A stretch of 64,000 nucleotides of DNA from positions 34,596,001 through 34,660,000 of the forward strand of contig OX597834.1 of the NCBI GenBank assembly GCA_951406725.2, in the 5' to 3' direction. Shown here one piece after another: positions 1 through 13,530 of this stretch (position 1 is the stretch's first letter; each line of letters begins with the position of its first letter). The notes under the pieces are model-generated. The model searched no databases. It saw only the letters and a program-made list of their open reading frames with translations, and had not been told where the DNA came from. Position numbers and translations under genes: made by a program. Source of the DNA: Octopus vulgaris. Its lineage: Eukaryota.

Positions 1-995
1 TGATAATACTTTCTCTTTCCCTTCTATTACTCCCATCTCTAACACTTAGTTTTTCCACAGACACCCTCTGATAACAAACCTGCTCTTCCCATTATACTTT
101 AACTTCTCAACATTTCACCCAAGTTACAAGGTCACCACACCAGTGCTATGGTTGCCACAGTACTTTCTGCTACAGTAGAAAGTGCTGTGCAGTAGAATGG
201 AAACCAGCATCATGTGATTGTGAAGCAACTCACATCTTAACTCACATTCATAACTACAACTATGGAACTATATTCAAATGTATTTAGTCATTTGTAGAGA
301 AAGAAATGTCAAGTTGGCTAAAGAAATTACCAAAAAAGAGAAAAAAGATCAAAATGACAAGGAGAAAGAAGAGATTGGTCAGTGAGAGAATCTGAGGCTG
401 TTGTTGTTCCAGATTAGCTCTAATCCAGCTAAACTATAAGCAAAAGTGTTCCAGCTGTGAATATCTCCTCTTTGATTCACACATCATATTATCTAGTACT
501 ACATTGTCAAATGTGCTACTTAACCCTTTTTTAAAGACAGTAGTCTAGTGTCTGAGGGAAATGAAGTAGCTATTTCACACAGGTAGAGTGACCACATAGT
601 GAATCCTTTGTTGATTTATCTGATTAATCAACCTCATGAAATTGGTGCTAATTTGGCAAATGAGTCAATGGAGAACAATTATAACAAAATTTCTATCAAT
701 AACAGGGAATAGAATATCAGAAACTGGGAAGTGTCAAATAAACTATATTGTGGTATTTAGTTACATTGTAATCTTTTATTCTTTTACTAGTTCCAGCTGC
801 TGGGCTGTGGTCATGCTGGAGCACCACTTTCTAGCATTTTAGCATTTGCAGTCTGGATATTATTTTATTGATATCTATTGAATCAATGAGTTATGCTTTT
901 TGACAGTTCTGGTATCACACAGATAAACAAACACAAATATGACAAGTCAGTCTCATTACAATATAGTGAAGGAAAAAACAATTTAATTAATAATA

Positions 996-1203
996 CTTTC
1001 TAATTATGGCACAAGACCAGCAATTTTGAGGGGAAGGGAAGTCAATTATATCAACCATAGTGCTCAACTGGTACTTATTCTATTGACCCCAAAAAGATGA
1101 AAGCCAAAGTTGACCTCAGCAGCATTTGAACTCAGAACATAAAGAGCTGAAAGAAATGCTTGCTACTAAGCGTTTTGTCTGGTGTCGGAAGATTCTGCCA
1201 GCT
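996..1203 (-). mobile_element. Deu/Nin-like SINE copy
   Basis: Reverse complement of the 13297 family (ctggtacttattc..gacccc..gatgaaag..aaagttgacctc..tttgaactcaga..ctgccagc). Confidence 0.75.
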
Positions 1204-1841
1204 TTCATTACTATATTCTGGGTTCAAATACTGTTGGTGATAGGTTGATGATGGGAGGGAGAGAAGAATGAACTTTATTTTTAACCTTCAAAAGGTCAAT
1301 TAAATATGTACTCATAAATGTATTGGGGCTGATTGGTCTAATAAAAATTGACCATTTCTCTTGGAAAAATTAACACATTTATTAATTAAAAAAAGCTATG
1401 TGCTTAATTATATGAAAAAAAATCAATGTTACTACCCAAATATATATATGCTTCTTTTTTAATTAGGCAAGCACAAGAGCTGACCTAAATACTATTTTTA
1501 TTAAAAGGACATCAAATTCCAAACACACACACATACATAAATATAAATGAATGAATGTATGTGTGTGTATATGCATATATGCATACATACATACACAATG
1601 GAAGGCACTTATTATAATCATAGATAATATTACCAAATGGTTAATATCAAAATTAGAAGTACCAATTCTATGTTTAAAATGAATTATTAGCTGGTTATTG
1701 TTATCAAAAAAGCTTTGGCTCAAAGTGATCACACTAAGTGACTTCCAATAATATATACATGAGTGTGTGAATCTATGTATGTATGTGTGTGTGTATGTAC
1801 GTGTGCATGTGTGTATATATATATGTGTGTGTGTATGTATG

Positions 1842-1872
<31 letters not shown>

Positions 1873-1881
1873 TTGTATGTG

Positions 1882-1931
<50 letters not shown>

Positions 1932-3128
1932 CTTGTTCTGCTCTACTTTTGTGTCAGTCAAACTATCTACTGCACAAATACAAGACAGATAGGTAAGTTA
2001 TTGATTTTAATGTTGTTAGAGAGGTAAGGGGATTCGCTTTTTTTCCTTGATATGGCTGTATTACATTTGGGAATCTTCACATATAATATTGTCACATCTT
2101 TCTAATAATCTATTCAAGAGTCTTAACCTGTTGAAAATAGCAGCCAAATATCCCACAAATCACATTTGGATATTTTGAAAGAAAATTAAGGGACATATTG
2201 AGTAAGGTAGTGAGTTCTAGATACTCCTAAAAAGACAGAATGGTCAAATCGGGAAAGTCTGTCAAATCTGGAAAGTCTGTCCAATGGGAACTCACCTGGA
2301 ACTAAACAATAACACTGTTCGGGTAAATAAATGAGTCCAGAAAATAAATTTAAGCAATTTTCAAACAGGAAGGTTTGTGAGAGGGGACTGTGTTAATTGG
2401 AGTTAGAATAATTAATTATATTTACAGCAATGATAAAAATCAAGATGTCGATATTGCAGTCACTATGCTAGGAAAAATCAACATAGTATTGGGAAAAAAA
2501 TGCCTTGCGGTACTAGTTCCGACTCTTTGTGTTCCAAGTTCAAATTACTCTGAGGTCAACTTTGCTTTTTATCCTTTCAGGGTTGATAAAACAGAGTACC
2601 TGTCAAGTACACACATACACATGTGGTGTAGGTGTGGGCATACACACACACACAGGTAGGTGGGTAAGTGTATATGTAAAATATAAATACATATAAGCAG
2701 ATGGATAAGTGTATATGTAATATACATATGTGTGTTTATGTTTGTGTCATTATGTTCACTGAGATATTACGTGTGTAGTGATAAGCAAGAATGAACTGCT
2801 TGACTTCTATGATGGTGGAAGCAGCAGCACTTGTAGTGGTGAGGGTGGTCATGGTGGTAGTCATGGTAATAAGTTATATTAAAATGAAGGGAGAAACCAA
2901 TGAGAGGCACAAATGTAATGTAGCAAGCTTCAGTAAAACAGGTTTTCAACTAAAAGGTGCAGGTGAGGATAAGGTGTGGATGATGATGATCATTGCAGTG
3001 ACTTTAATTCACCAATCAGCTCACACTCTCTAATAGCCTGTATCAATAATTATCTGATTCTGTACCAAATAATTGCAGAACAATAAAAGAACACTCCCTA
3101 CAGCTGTTCTCTCAATCATAAATCTCTC

Positions 3129-3173
<45 letters not shown>

Positions 3174-6100
3174 CACAAATCACAAAAATCTCATCCTTAC
3201 AATACCAAAATCTCTTTGCAACATTTATTCCTAATGCCCCAAGGTTTGTGGTTTCAAGGTATATTTACTAACAATAACAACCTTATATATCATTCGTGGG
3301 TATCTCTTCTTATTGTCTACACTATTTACGCACATAGTTTTATACTGTCATTTAAACATACAGTTTCAGGCTTAACTGTAAGAAGTTTGCTTTGCAACCA
3401 TGTGATTCCAGGTTCAATCTCACAACATGGCACCTTGTGTCTTCTACAGCATACAGCCTTGAGCTGTTGTTCAATACTTTGGGAGCAGAATATGGTAGAT
3501 GGAAGGTATGTGGAAGTTTTTGTGTGTAGGGGCAGGTTTGCATGTATGCACATGTATTTTTGTGTGTACTGGTATAAACTGGTAGACAGAAACTGTGTTG
3601 AAGCCCCTTGTGTCTATGTATATACACATGTTTGTGTGTGTGTGTGTGTTTAATAGTATAAAAAGGTGAGGCAGGTAGCATTCCTTTATATCAAAAAGAA
3701 AATATAAGCATTTAATAAATAGAGAAAAAAAATATGTAGCAGACTGAAATAAAAACTGGGATCAATACAATTGACAAAACCTATGGAGACAGTGCTTCAG
3801 CATGGCCGCAAGCCAATAATTAAAACCAGTAAAAGAATAAGACAATTATTTTATAAAATGCTATCTAAGCGAACATCATTATAAATTCTCAGCTTTGTTT
3901 GTCTCCTATCAATAGGTGACTTCCAATACTTGCAAATATATTTGAACAATCGAACAACTGAACTTCATGATTAGTGGTTTTGACCTGGTGGAAATAGCAG
4001 CAAAATCTTCCTCAAAATTCACCCTCTCATACTAAAAATGAATGAGTAAATGGGATGACTGGGTCCTGAAATGATATCTGTGACAGAAAAGGTGGGACGG
4101 CCACAGCTATAACATCAGACGAATGATGAAGATTTGACACAGTACTGGGGATGATACAAACATAATTCTGTTCACCCTGCAGCTAAAAACAACAATGAAT
4201 TTATGATTCTCCTGAAATGCCCAATGTGTGTGTCTGTGTGAGAGCAAGAGAGAAAGAGAGAGAGAGAGAAAGAGATTATAAAGTCTTGTCAAGAGCACTC
4301 TGTAGTGCTGGTACCATGACAAAATGCACCCAATGTGCTCTGTAGACTGAATGGTGATTGGAAGGTGTCAAGTCATAAAAAAAGATACCAAAATGGAATG
4401 TGCAAGTGAAACATGTCCCCCATACCCACCCATTTAGGAGGGCCAACCCATGCCATCTAGGATAGATGATGAGAAGAAGGAGAAGGAGGAAGAAGATAGA
4501 TAGATTGATAGATATTTTCTTTTATCTGTACATCTGCACGCACACACATACACACACACACAAACACAAATTCATGAAATATTATTCCAGGGAATGCTGG
4601 AGATGGAGTGAGTCTATTAAAAGACAGACAGTGGTCAGAGATAAAAACAAAGAGGAGTGGAGAAAAAATCAAAGAAAAAGAGATGGAGGAAATAATCTAT
4701 GATATTTTATATATCTTCTGTGATACAGTTAACTGCTTATCTATTTCTAATCAGATGTATCCATCCATCAAACGATGATTATTGTCCAACTAATTAAGGA
4801 GCTATTTACAAGCTTCCTTTACAAAATGTAAAAAAAAAAGTAGATCATGAGAGTCTTTATGAGAGCATTCCATCTGCTAGAAATAATAGCCAAGTTTTCT
4901 TTAGGAAAAGCTTACTGGATAATGTGGCATTGGGTTCACTGTGCTCAAGGAAAAAGATAGTCACAACTAGAATGCCTTCATCATAGATCTGCTCAGCTGT
5001 GGCTCACTTAAGACCTAACAACAACAATATTGACTCCAACTATATTCATATTTCCCTGTAGTAAATTCCTTTTTTGTTGTTTCTCCTTCGATTTAATCCC
5101 TGACATGATCAGAAAGTGAGTAAGGGCACTTTCCACTCTTCACTTTTATCAAAATAATCCTATTGATTTTTAGCTTACGAACCACTTCATTCAACCTTGA
5201 ACCTTTTTAATGATAGGGTTGAGAAAAAGAGGAAAGGATTTTAAAGGAAAACTATAAGAAATGATGTCATTCAGCCAAAAGATAACTCGTTAGATACCTG
5301 GATACATACGGACACTCTGAGGCAAAACATACACACACCTCCAATAACCTGTTTGATTTACAAAGAACAACAAAATGGGAAAAAAATTATCATGATGACA
5401 AAGATAAAGTCAAGGTTCTGTTTTTAAGTTGTGAGAGGGGTATATAGTTGGTTACAGCAACCTCAGTATATTACTAGTACTATTTTATCAGTTCCAGTGA
5501 TATCTGAAGCTAAAAATAGCTCATCATCAAAATAGCTACCATAAAACTGTTCGTTTACACTCAGATCTCTCTGCTCAATCCATTTCAACCAGACACACTG
5601 TATAGGCTATAGTTTTATTTTTCCTATCTAGCTAGAAACTAGTTTTAATAGACCAGACCCCCTTTAATTTATAGTTTCCACTGATTTGCCATCTCCCCAG
5701 CATGTTTTCTCTCTAATTACCAGGTCATTGTTCCTCTATGTTGATATTTACTTTAACAACATTCTCTCGTCCTCCCCATCTCTCTCTCTCTCTCTCTCTT
5801 TCTTTCTCTCTCTCTCTAGTACTTTACCATTTATCTATTCTCCCTTTCTTACTGATTATACAACTGAACTCAAAATTTTCCCAACTTATTATTTTTTTTT
5901 TACCTTTCATGTATGTCTTTTGTCATTTCAACTTCATCTTGTGCTTTCGGAAGTTCCATCAAAGTAATGCACAAAGTGTGTGTGTGTATGTGTGAGTGTG
6001 TTTGTGTGTATGTTTATGTATATGTGTGTATATAAATACATATATTAAATAGGTAATAGCTAGCAACTGTTTAAAAATATTCAATTTAATAGAAGTGTGA

Positions 6101-7067
6101 GGGACAGTTTGTTTTATCGTCTCCTACTTAATCACTTTTATCACTATTATTACTGTCTCATATACGCAAACACACACACACACACACACTATATATATAT
6201 CATCAGCATCATACATCATGATGTGTGTGTGTGTGTGTGGTAAATACTTAAATACTTCAGCTTCAAACAGAACTGTTAAGAGAGGAAGACAAGCTCCTAT
6301 TAAATGGAAGTATTTTTCATAATAAAACCAACATATTGATATCTATGATGGTAACAGTGGTGGTAGCAGCAGATGATGATGGTGAATGGCGAAGATAGTT
6401 GACGATAGAAAATGATGGATAATGATGATGATGGTGGTGGTGGTGGTGATGACAATTATGGTGAATGATGAAGATGCTCTAACCATGACCACCATACTGT
6501 CATAATCAGACTGCCTATTTAAGTAGAATATCAAAACTGTCAATTTCACTCTGTCTTTGAGGGTCTGTCAAGTCTATGGATTCGAGCCCTTCCTTCCGCC
6601 CAAACCATCCATAAAAAGAAGCCAGTGTATCATCTATGACTACATTATCCAATGTGATCCCTTTGGTGGGGTTGTATTTATTTTGCTTTTTTATGACTGA
6701 ATGGTATGATTTGAAAGGTATTTGGCTATTATTTGAATTAGGTCAAGCAGCTGCATAGAATTTCCCTGGAGGATGTTGATAAAGACTGATAATGATCGAT
6801 GACAATGATGGATGATGATGAATGATGATGGATGATGATGGATGAAGATGATGGTGATAAATATCATGCTCATGATTGATCATAGGTCAATATTTGTCTT
6901 CGATGAAAGTAATCTTTTTGAAGGTGAAGGGGGTGAATCCCAACCTCTACCCTTACAGACAACATACTGCTGAAAGTTCTAAAATAACCAGTAAAATTCT
7001 TGGTGACAAATGGTTGTTTGTTTGTCTATTAATTAGAACAAATACTTAAAAATAAAAGAGACTTTCT

Positions 7068-7330
7068 AGCTGTAGAGGTCAAGAGATCACAGCTGACAGT
7101 ACTATGGGCATGTGGTTAGAATGTTTGTAGAAAGAAGAGCAGAGCAGATTTTATGAGCCAGCCCAACTAGCAGGAGACATAGAAGTAGACCACAAGTGAG
7201 ATGGTTCAATAATATCCTCAGTCGGTCTCACTTGGAGATGCAGCCAGAACATTTACTGATGGTCACTTCTGATAGGATTTTCAGGAGGACATTCTAGGGA
7301 TTTTACCCTTACAACCATCACATGAATAGC
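7068..7330 (+). mobile_element. RTE-clade LINE 3' fragment
   Basis: VEVKRSQL../YYGHVVRMFVERRAEQIL*ASPTSRRHRSRPQVRWFNNI resembles the RTE C-terminus IERSQLRWFGHVVRM..ER.....RRPRGRPRTRW. Confidence 0.7.
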
Positions 7331-7445
7331 AGGCTATAAAAATAAATAGATGGACAGTCTAACAATTTTCAAATTTTGATACTTTTTATTTAACTGGTAT
7401 AAAAGCTATTAAAAAAAAGTCCAAGCTGCCTGCACCTTCTGGTTC

Positions 7446-7830
7446 ATCATCATCATCATCATCGTTTAACATGTCCATTTTCCGCGCTAGCACGGGTTGG
7501 ACAGTTCAACCGGGGTCTGGGAAGCCAGGGGCAGCACCAGGCTCCAGTCTGATCTGGCAGTGTTTCTACGGCTGGATGCCCTTCCTAACGCCAACCACTC
7601 CGTGAGTGTAGTGGGTGCTTTTTACGTGCCACCTGCACAGGTTCCAGGGGGTGTCTGGCATCGGTCACGATCGGTTGGTGCTTTTAACGTGCCACCGGCA
7701 CGGAAGCCAGCCAAGGCGGCGCTGGCATCAGCCACGTTCGGATGGTGCTTTTTATGTGCCACCAGCACAGAAGCCAGTCAAGGCAGCGCTGGCATCGGCC
7801 ACATTTGGATGGTGCTTTTTATGTGCCACC
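7446..7830 (-). mobile_element. SINE-like element with (GAT)n tail and internal ~65-bp tandem modules; sister copy at 46255-46520 (+)
   Basis: Contains GTGGTTGGCGTTAGGAAGGGCATCCAG..TAGAAAC and four GGTGCTTTT.A(C/T)GTGCCACC modules. Confidence 0.75.
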
Positions 7831-10442
7831 GAAAAAAATTGTTTTCAAGTGTTCACTATTTAAATTAAAACCTTTTGTTAAAATGTTATATAAGAATCTG
7901 TCAGTGAAGTTACAACTCAATCACCAGACTTTTACTAAATCCCTTTTTAGAGAATCATTAATTCTTGATGATTTTCTAAATTTATTGAAACACGTTTAAT
8001 AATGTAATTTCACTAGAAATATTACTAAAGGGTTTAAAACATGAAAACTTTTACATTGGCACTTTTTAAAGCAATCTACCTAAGATCATCTTTGATTCTA
8101 TCAATACAAAACTGTCCATTTTAAAAAGTAAATATTTAAATCAAAATCTATTCCAATTTTTAAGCTCCCCCCCCACACTTCAAAAGCTTAAAAAAAATAA
8201 AGTTGGACATTTTACAAAATCCCTCCAACTTCTTGATTATTTTCAAAATTAAATGAAACACACAAATAATGTATTTCATTAAAGATATAGTCAGCAAAGA
8301 GTTAAGTACTAATATTACTACAGAAGAAAAAAATAAAGGTGTTATTTTTTTTTATAAGAAACCAGTAAAAAAATTATATATCCTTTCGTTACTGTATTTA
8401 TTTTTAGATTCTCTGTGTTTCTTTCAATTACTTTAAATATAACAAAGAATTTAGTAAAATAACTTAGTCATCATTCAGCTAGTGTCTCATGGAATTTGAA
8501 CTCAAAACTGAAAGTGAAGCAACTTTACACAGGAACCACTTGTTTTGAAGGAGAGCACAGTTGCCACCCCCATCCCAGTTCTTAACCAGCACTCACTTTA
8601 TTGACCCCACTCCCTCCAAAAGAATGAAAGGCAAAGACCTCAGCAAGATTTGAACTCTGAATGTAAAAGAGACACAACTATAATATGACTACAAGGCATT
8701 TTGTCCACTGCTCTAGCAACTCCATCAAATCAGTTTGTCCATCACCCAATCACCACATCTGTTGCTCTACCTACTGCTTTCATCTTTCAACAATTATCTA
8801 CTCTCAAAATATATAATATTGATTTTTGCTAAATGTAATTTATGAGGTAAAGATTTGTCAAATGTAATTTAGCAATAAAAGTAAAATATTGAACTAATAA
8901 CATTTCCATATCAAATAATGAAGCTTATGGCTACATAAAATAACTCTGTATATACTAATAATAATTATTATTTCCAGCATTATTATCATTATTATGTTTA
9001 TTTACTTATTTATTTATTTATTTATTATACGAATAACCATGTTACTAGAGTGATTGAGAAATAAGCAGTTCAAATTATGTTTTAAATAGTTTTCGTTGTA
9101 TTTGTGAAAATACAATGATATGGTAATTCACTGAAGTGAATGGAATCGAATCAATTACAAATTATTGGACTTCATTTTGAATTTCTAGTTTTCATGTCTT
9201 TTGTTTGCTTTTTTTTTTTTATTATTATATGCGAAATTCCCAAAACATATCAGCTCAATGAGATTGTAAGTATCCAGGCAAAATACCTGCAACTTTTATC
9301 ATTATAATCCTGTATTATATTGATGATATATATATATATATAACATTGTTATTACTTACAATTGGAATACAATTTGAATGTCAATCAATTTTACCTTTCT
9401 ATAGTTTTGTTGCAGACATTTGTTTGTGTGACAAGTGAAACCAAAAAAAAGAGACACAAATTGAAAAAAATACACACACACAGACACGTGTGTGTGTGTG
9501 TGTGTGTGCATATATAAAACAAATTGTAAATTCAATGATAAAGAATGAGACAAGATACAGTCAATAGATTTGATGTTGTAATTTCCATGAAAACAATATG
9601 TAGCTATGTACTGAGTATCTGTGTAAAACTCTATAGCACTACTGTGGATAATTGTAAAGATCCAGACAGGCTAATTATATATGTTTGGATAAACACAGGT
9701 CAACAATGTTTGAGTAAACAGCATTAGATAAAAGACGAGAAGTCAGAGTAAAAAAATCTTTTTTGATGGATAAAGGAGATTTATTAAGGGAGATAAAAGA
9801 TTTTAGCTAAAATATGTATGAGGTGGAGAGGGGCATTAATGGAAACCATTTTCAGCTAAAAGTTATCTGCATATTTATAAAGACAGAAAATAAACTTAAA
9901 AGCTTGGATGAAACTCAGATGAGATTCGATGAAACATGGATAAAATTAGAATGAAATTAGATGAATTATGGATGAAATTAAATGAAACTTGTTTGCAGCC
10001 AATCTTACAGGTTAGGTGTCTGCAGAAATTTGCAGCCTAAATCATCAACTCCTACATGTGGGTTTATGCTGCACACTCATGAGGGGACTTTGTCATGTAA
10101 GTTACTTGGTGACCCCTGCCAATGTTGTAAAGTGGTAAGCATTAGGAAGGGAATCCAACCATAGAAACCATGCAAAAATAGACAATAGAGTTTGGCATTG
10201 TCCTCTGGCTTGCCATCTTTCATCAAACCATCCACCCCATGCCAGCATATAAAATGGACATTAAATTCATACTGATGGCTAATCTGTAAGATTGACAGTA
10301 AGAACTAGGAAAGTCAAGTACTTTATGTATTCAGGTATTAGAGTACTGTCATGGGTCTATACCATATTGGCTACTGTATAAAAACCACTTCTAACTCTTC
10401 TGAATTGCATTCAATTTGCTTTTCGAAAATTATCCACACAAT

Positions 10443-10835
10443 AGGCTTGATGGTTAAGAAGTGCACTGTGCAATCATGCAATGTCAGGTTCAGTCCCACT
10501 ACACAACACCTGGGTAAGTGTCTTCTATTATAACCCCAAGCTGACCAAAGCTTTGTGAGTGAATTTGATAGGGGGAAACTGTGTGGAAGCCTATCGTGTG
10601 TATGTGCATGATGTGTATGTATGTGTGTATTCCGTTTGTCTTCAAACTGCTTGGCAACTGGTATTGGTTTGTTTACATCCCCATAACTTAGTAGATCATC
10701 CAAAGGAATTGATAGAATAAGTGCCCAACTTGAAAAAAAAAGTACTACGGTCGATTTGTTCGATTAAACCCTTCAAAGTCAATGTGGTGCCCCAACATGG
10801 GCACAGTCTAGTAACTGAAACGAGTAAAAAATAAA
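10443..10835 (+). mobile_element. Copy of the same composite SINE (plus strand)
   Basis: ggttcagtcccact..cctgggtaagtgtcttcta..gtgaatttg..(TG)n..cccataacttag..aatagaataagt..actgaaacgagtaaaa. Other plus copies at about 3365-3650, 39590-39725, 50353-50690 and 60710-60870. Confidence 0.8.
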
Positions 10836-12588
10836 AAGATATGCACCTCTTCTCCCCTTCTTCATCTCTTTCTCTTCCATTCACTTCCTCACATGTGAAC
10901 TCCCACCCCTCAGTGAACAAACACTTTATAGAATAGTGAGGTCTCTCAAATCTGACAGAATATGAGGCAATCCCACAAGCGTTGCTACCTCTACAAATCT
11001 ACCTAAAACTTCCCTAAAGTGGTTGGTGGGCAAGCAAAGATGTAGGGTCAAGAGGACCCTTTAGCATTGTCAGAAACATGCCAAACTTTCTAGTGTTTGT
11101 GCTATAATAAAATACATCCAGGGTACTCAGTAAAGTGATTGATAAGAAGGGCATCAAGCTGTAGAAACGAAGCCAAAAACAAAACAGGAAGCCAGCCTTA
11201 TGCTCCTTACGGAGTAATGTGGACTAACCATAAGACTGTATTGTCTAACATGTTTTTACCTTATCCGAGATGCCTGAATGAGATTTGAGTCAGAGTGACT
11301 ACTATTTCCAACAGATCAAGTGACCTCATAGAAGCTCTCCTATTTCTGAATATTATGCTAAGTTGTTACGAAGAAAGCATTATTTCGAAATCTAGCACAA
11401 CAGCATATTAAAACATTCAGTCAATGAATGTAACTGGATAAAGAAAAAATAATAATCTATATTTGATACAACGTTACTGATGTTCGTGCTTTCACACTTC
11501 AGCATACCGGTTTCAAGAATCTCACTCACTCGTTATCTCACAACACAACTCGTGGCCGGATTCCCTTTTGTTTTGAAATAAAAAATCAATCTCATTCTAT
11601 GGCTATTGAGAGAATTATAAAAAGATTTTCCAGTGATAACCTTTGTAGAGTGGGAGAGAAAGAGAGAAAAAGAGAGAGAGAGAAGGGGAGAGAGAGAGAG
11701 ACAGACAGACAGACAGCAGTGAGATGATGTAGACAAGAATAGTGAGGTTCTCAAGATGCTATGCATTATATACACTTATACATTCATTCATATCAATGGA
11801 AACCTTGACTTGTTAGGTGAGCTAAGATAGTCAAGTTGTGTCAGTACTTTTTTTTTTTTTTATCAAGAAGAGTGGTGGTGGGGGTCAATAAAATTACTCA
11901 TATTAAGTAGAAGAAATATTCAATATATCAAGATCAATGCTGCCTCCACCAACACCGCCACTATGATGCAAAGAGTGTAGCTCATGATTGCAGCCTGCTC
12001 CAAATCACTAAGTCTTTTCAACTACACTATTATCATCGACATTATCATTTTACATCTGTTTTTCGATACTGTCATGTCATGCATTGGACAGGTTGATTAT
12101 TTCCTTTCCTGGTGAAGAAGCGACATGGTTTTCATGCCCTTCTTATCATCAGCCATTTAAAAGCATGGGCTGAGTGCACCAAAGCAGTTGTCTACAGCAG
12201 GATTAAATCAACCCCTACATCCACTCCGAATTACTGTCAGTGGTGTAGACAGTGGCATAGCTAGAGTGTGAGCCACCCAGGGCAGTCCTTGAGTTTTTCA
12301 CATGCACCCCCTGGGCTCCTATGTGGGGTGTGGGGGACAGGTGCATATGTCAGTGTTTACATCGATCCTATGTTTATGTGGAGTTGTTTATGTTGTGACT
12401 CTTTATGTTCCAGAACTTAAAGGTTGACAATGATAAAATAAGAGTCAGATTGAAACAAGTACAAGAATTGATTTGATCAACTAAACTCTTGAAGCTGACT
12501 CCACAACACAGTTGCAGTTCATGTAAAGAATAAAAAAATAAAATAAAGGATTTTCCTAACTTTTACTAATTATATATATGTGTGTGTA

Positions 12589-12789
12589 CTTTATTATCAA
12601 AGCTGCAAAAGCATCACAAAATTATCACAAAAAACGGCTACTCAGAGTTTCATGTTCCCATCTGTCAGGTAGTTGTGATCACAAATGGAATAAAAATTTT
12701 ATTCCATTCTTGACCGCAACTGCCCAACGAACAGGATCATGAAACTTTGAGTAGCAGTTGGTGATATTTTTGCAGCTTTGATAATAAAG
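12589..12789. repeat. ~200-bp inverted repeat with two hammerhead-ribozyme-like motifs (Penelope pLTR-like)
   Basis: Outer arms ctttattatcaaagctgcaaaa / ttttgcagctttgataataaag; centre aatggaataaaa-a-ttttattccatt. Each arm carries helix I - core - stem II - GAAA - stem III - UA - helix I. Confidence 0.7.
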
Positions 12790-12863
12790 CATATTACCTT
12801 ACTTACCTCCAGTATTCGAGTACTATTTTTTCCCACCTTGTTTTACATTAATATGCTTACTCG

Positions 12864-12909
<46 letters not shown>

Positions 12910-13296
12910 TGAAAAAAGAAGGAAGTATTAATATCTTTTATCTTTTACCTGTTTCAGTCTTCAGACTGCATCCATACTGGGGTATCACCTTGAAGACCCC
13001 AGCATTTATTTTTAAGCCAGCTACTTATTCTGTCAGTCTCGTTTTGCCAAACCATTATGTTACAGGGACACAAAGTAATACTAGTTGTCAAGCAATGATG
13101 GAACGCACACACACACACACACACACAAACATATGTACACATACATGGTGCTGGTATCATGTGAAAAGCATACACACAAAGCAACGACAACAACAACACA
13201 CACACAATCTTGTCTTCTTCCTCACACAGGATCAAAGTATGGTTATTTTTTGAGCGAGATTAACTGACATTGATCTCTTGATATTTCTAGAACTGT

Positions 13297-13530
13297 AAGG
13301 CAGTGAGCTGGCAGAAACGTTAGCACGCTGGGCGAAATGCTTAGCGGTATTTCGTCTGCCGTTACGTTGTGAGTTCAAATTCCGCCGAGGTCGACTTTGC
13401 CTTTCATCCTTTCAGGGTTGATAAATTAAGTACCAGTCAAGTACTGGGGTTGTTGTAATCAACTTAATACCTATGTCTGTCCTTGTTTGTCCCCTCTGTG
13501 TTTAGCCCCTAGTGGGTAGTAAAGAAATAG
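13297..13530 (+). mobile_element. tRNA-derived SINE with Deu/Nin-like central domain (well-preserved copy)
   Basis: AAGGCAGTGAGCTGGCAGAAACGTTAGC head, B-box GAGTTCAAATTCC, then GGTCGACTTTGCCTTTCATCCTTTCAGGGTTGATAAATTAAGTACCAG. Confidence 0.8.

Noticed and set aside
7610-7830. CRISPR-like repeat/spacer appearance
   Set aside because: The spacers are homologous to each other, the array is inside a SINE-like element, the context is eukaryotic and there are no cas genes.
13297-13385. tRNA-like A/B boxes
   Set aside because: This is a SINE head that continues into SINE body; no complete cloverleaf.
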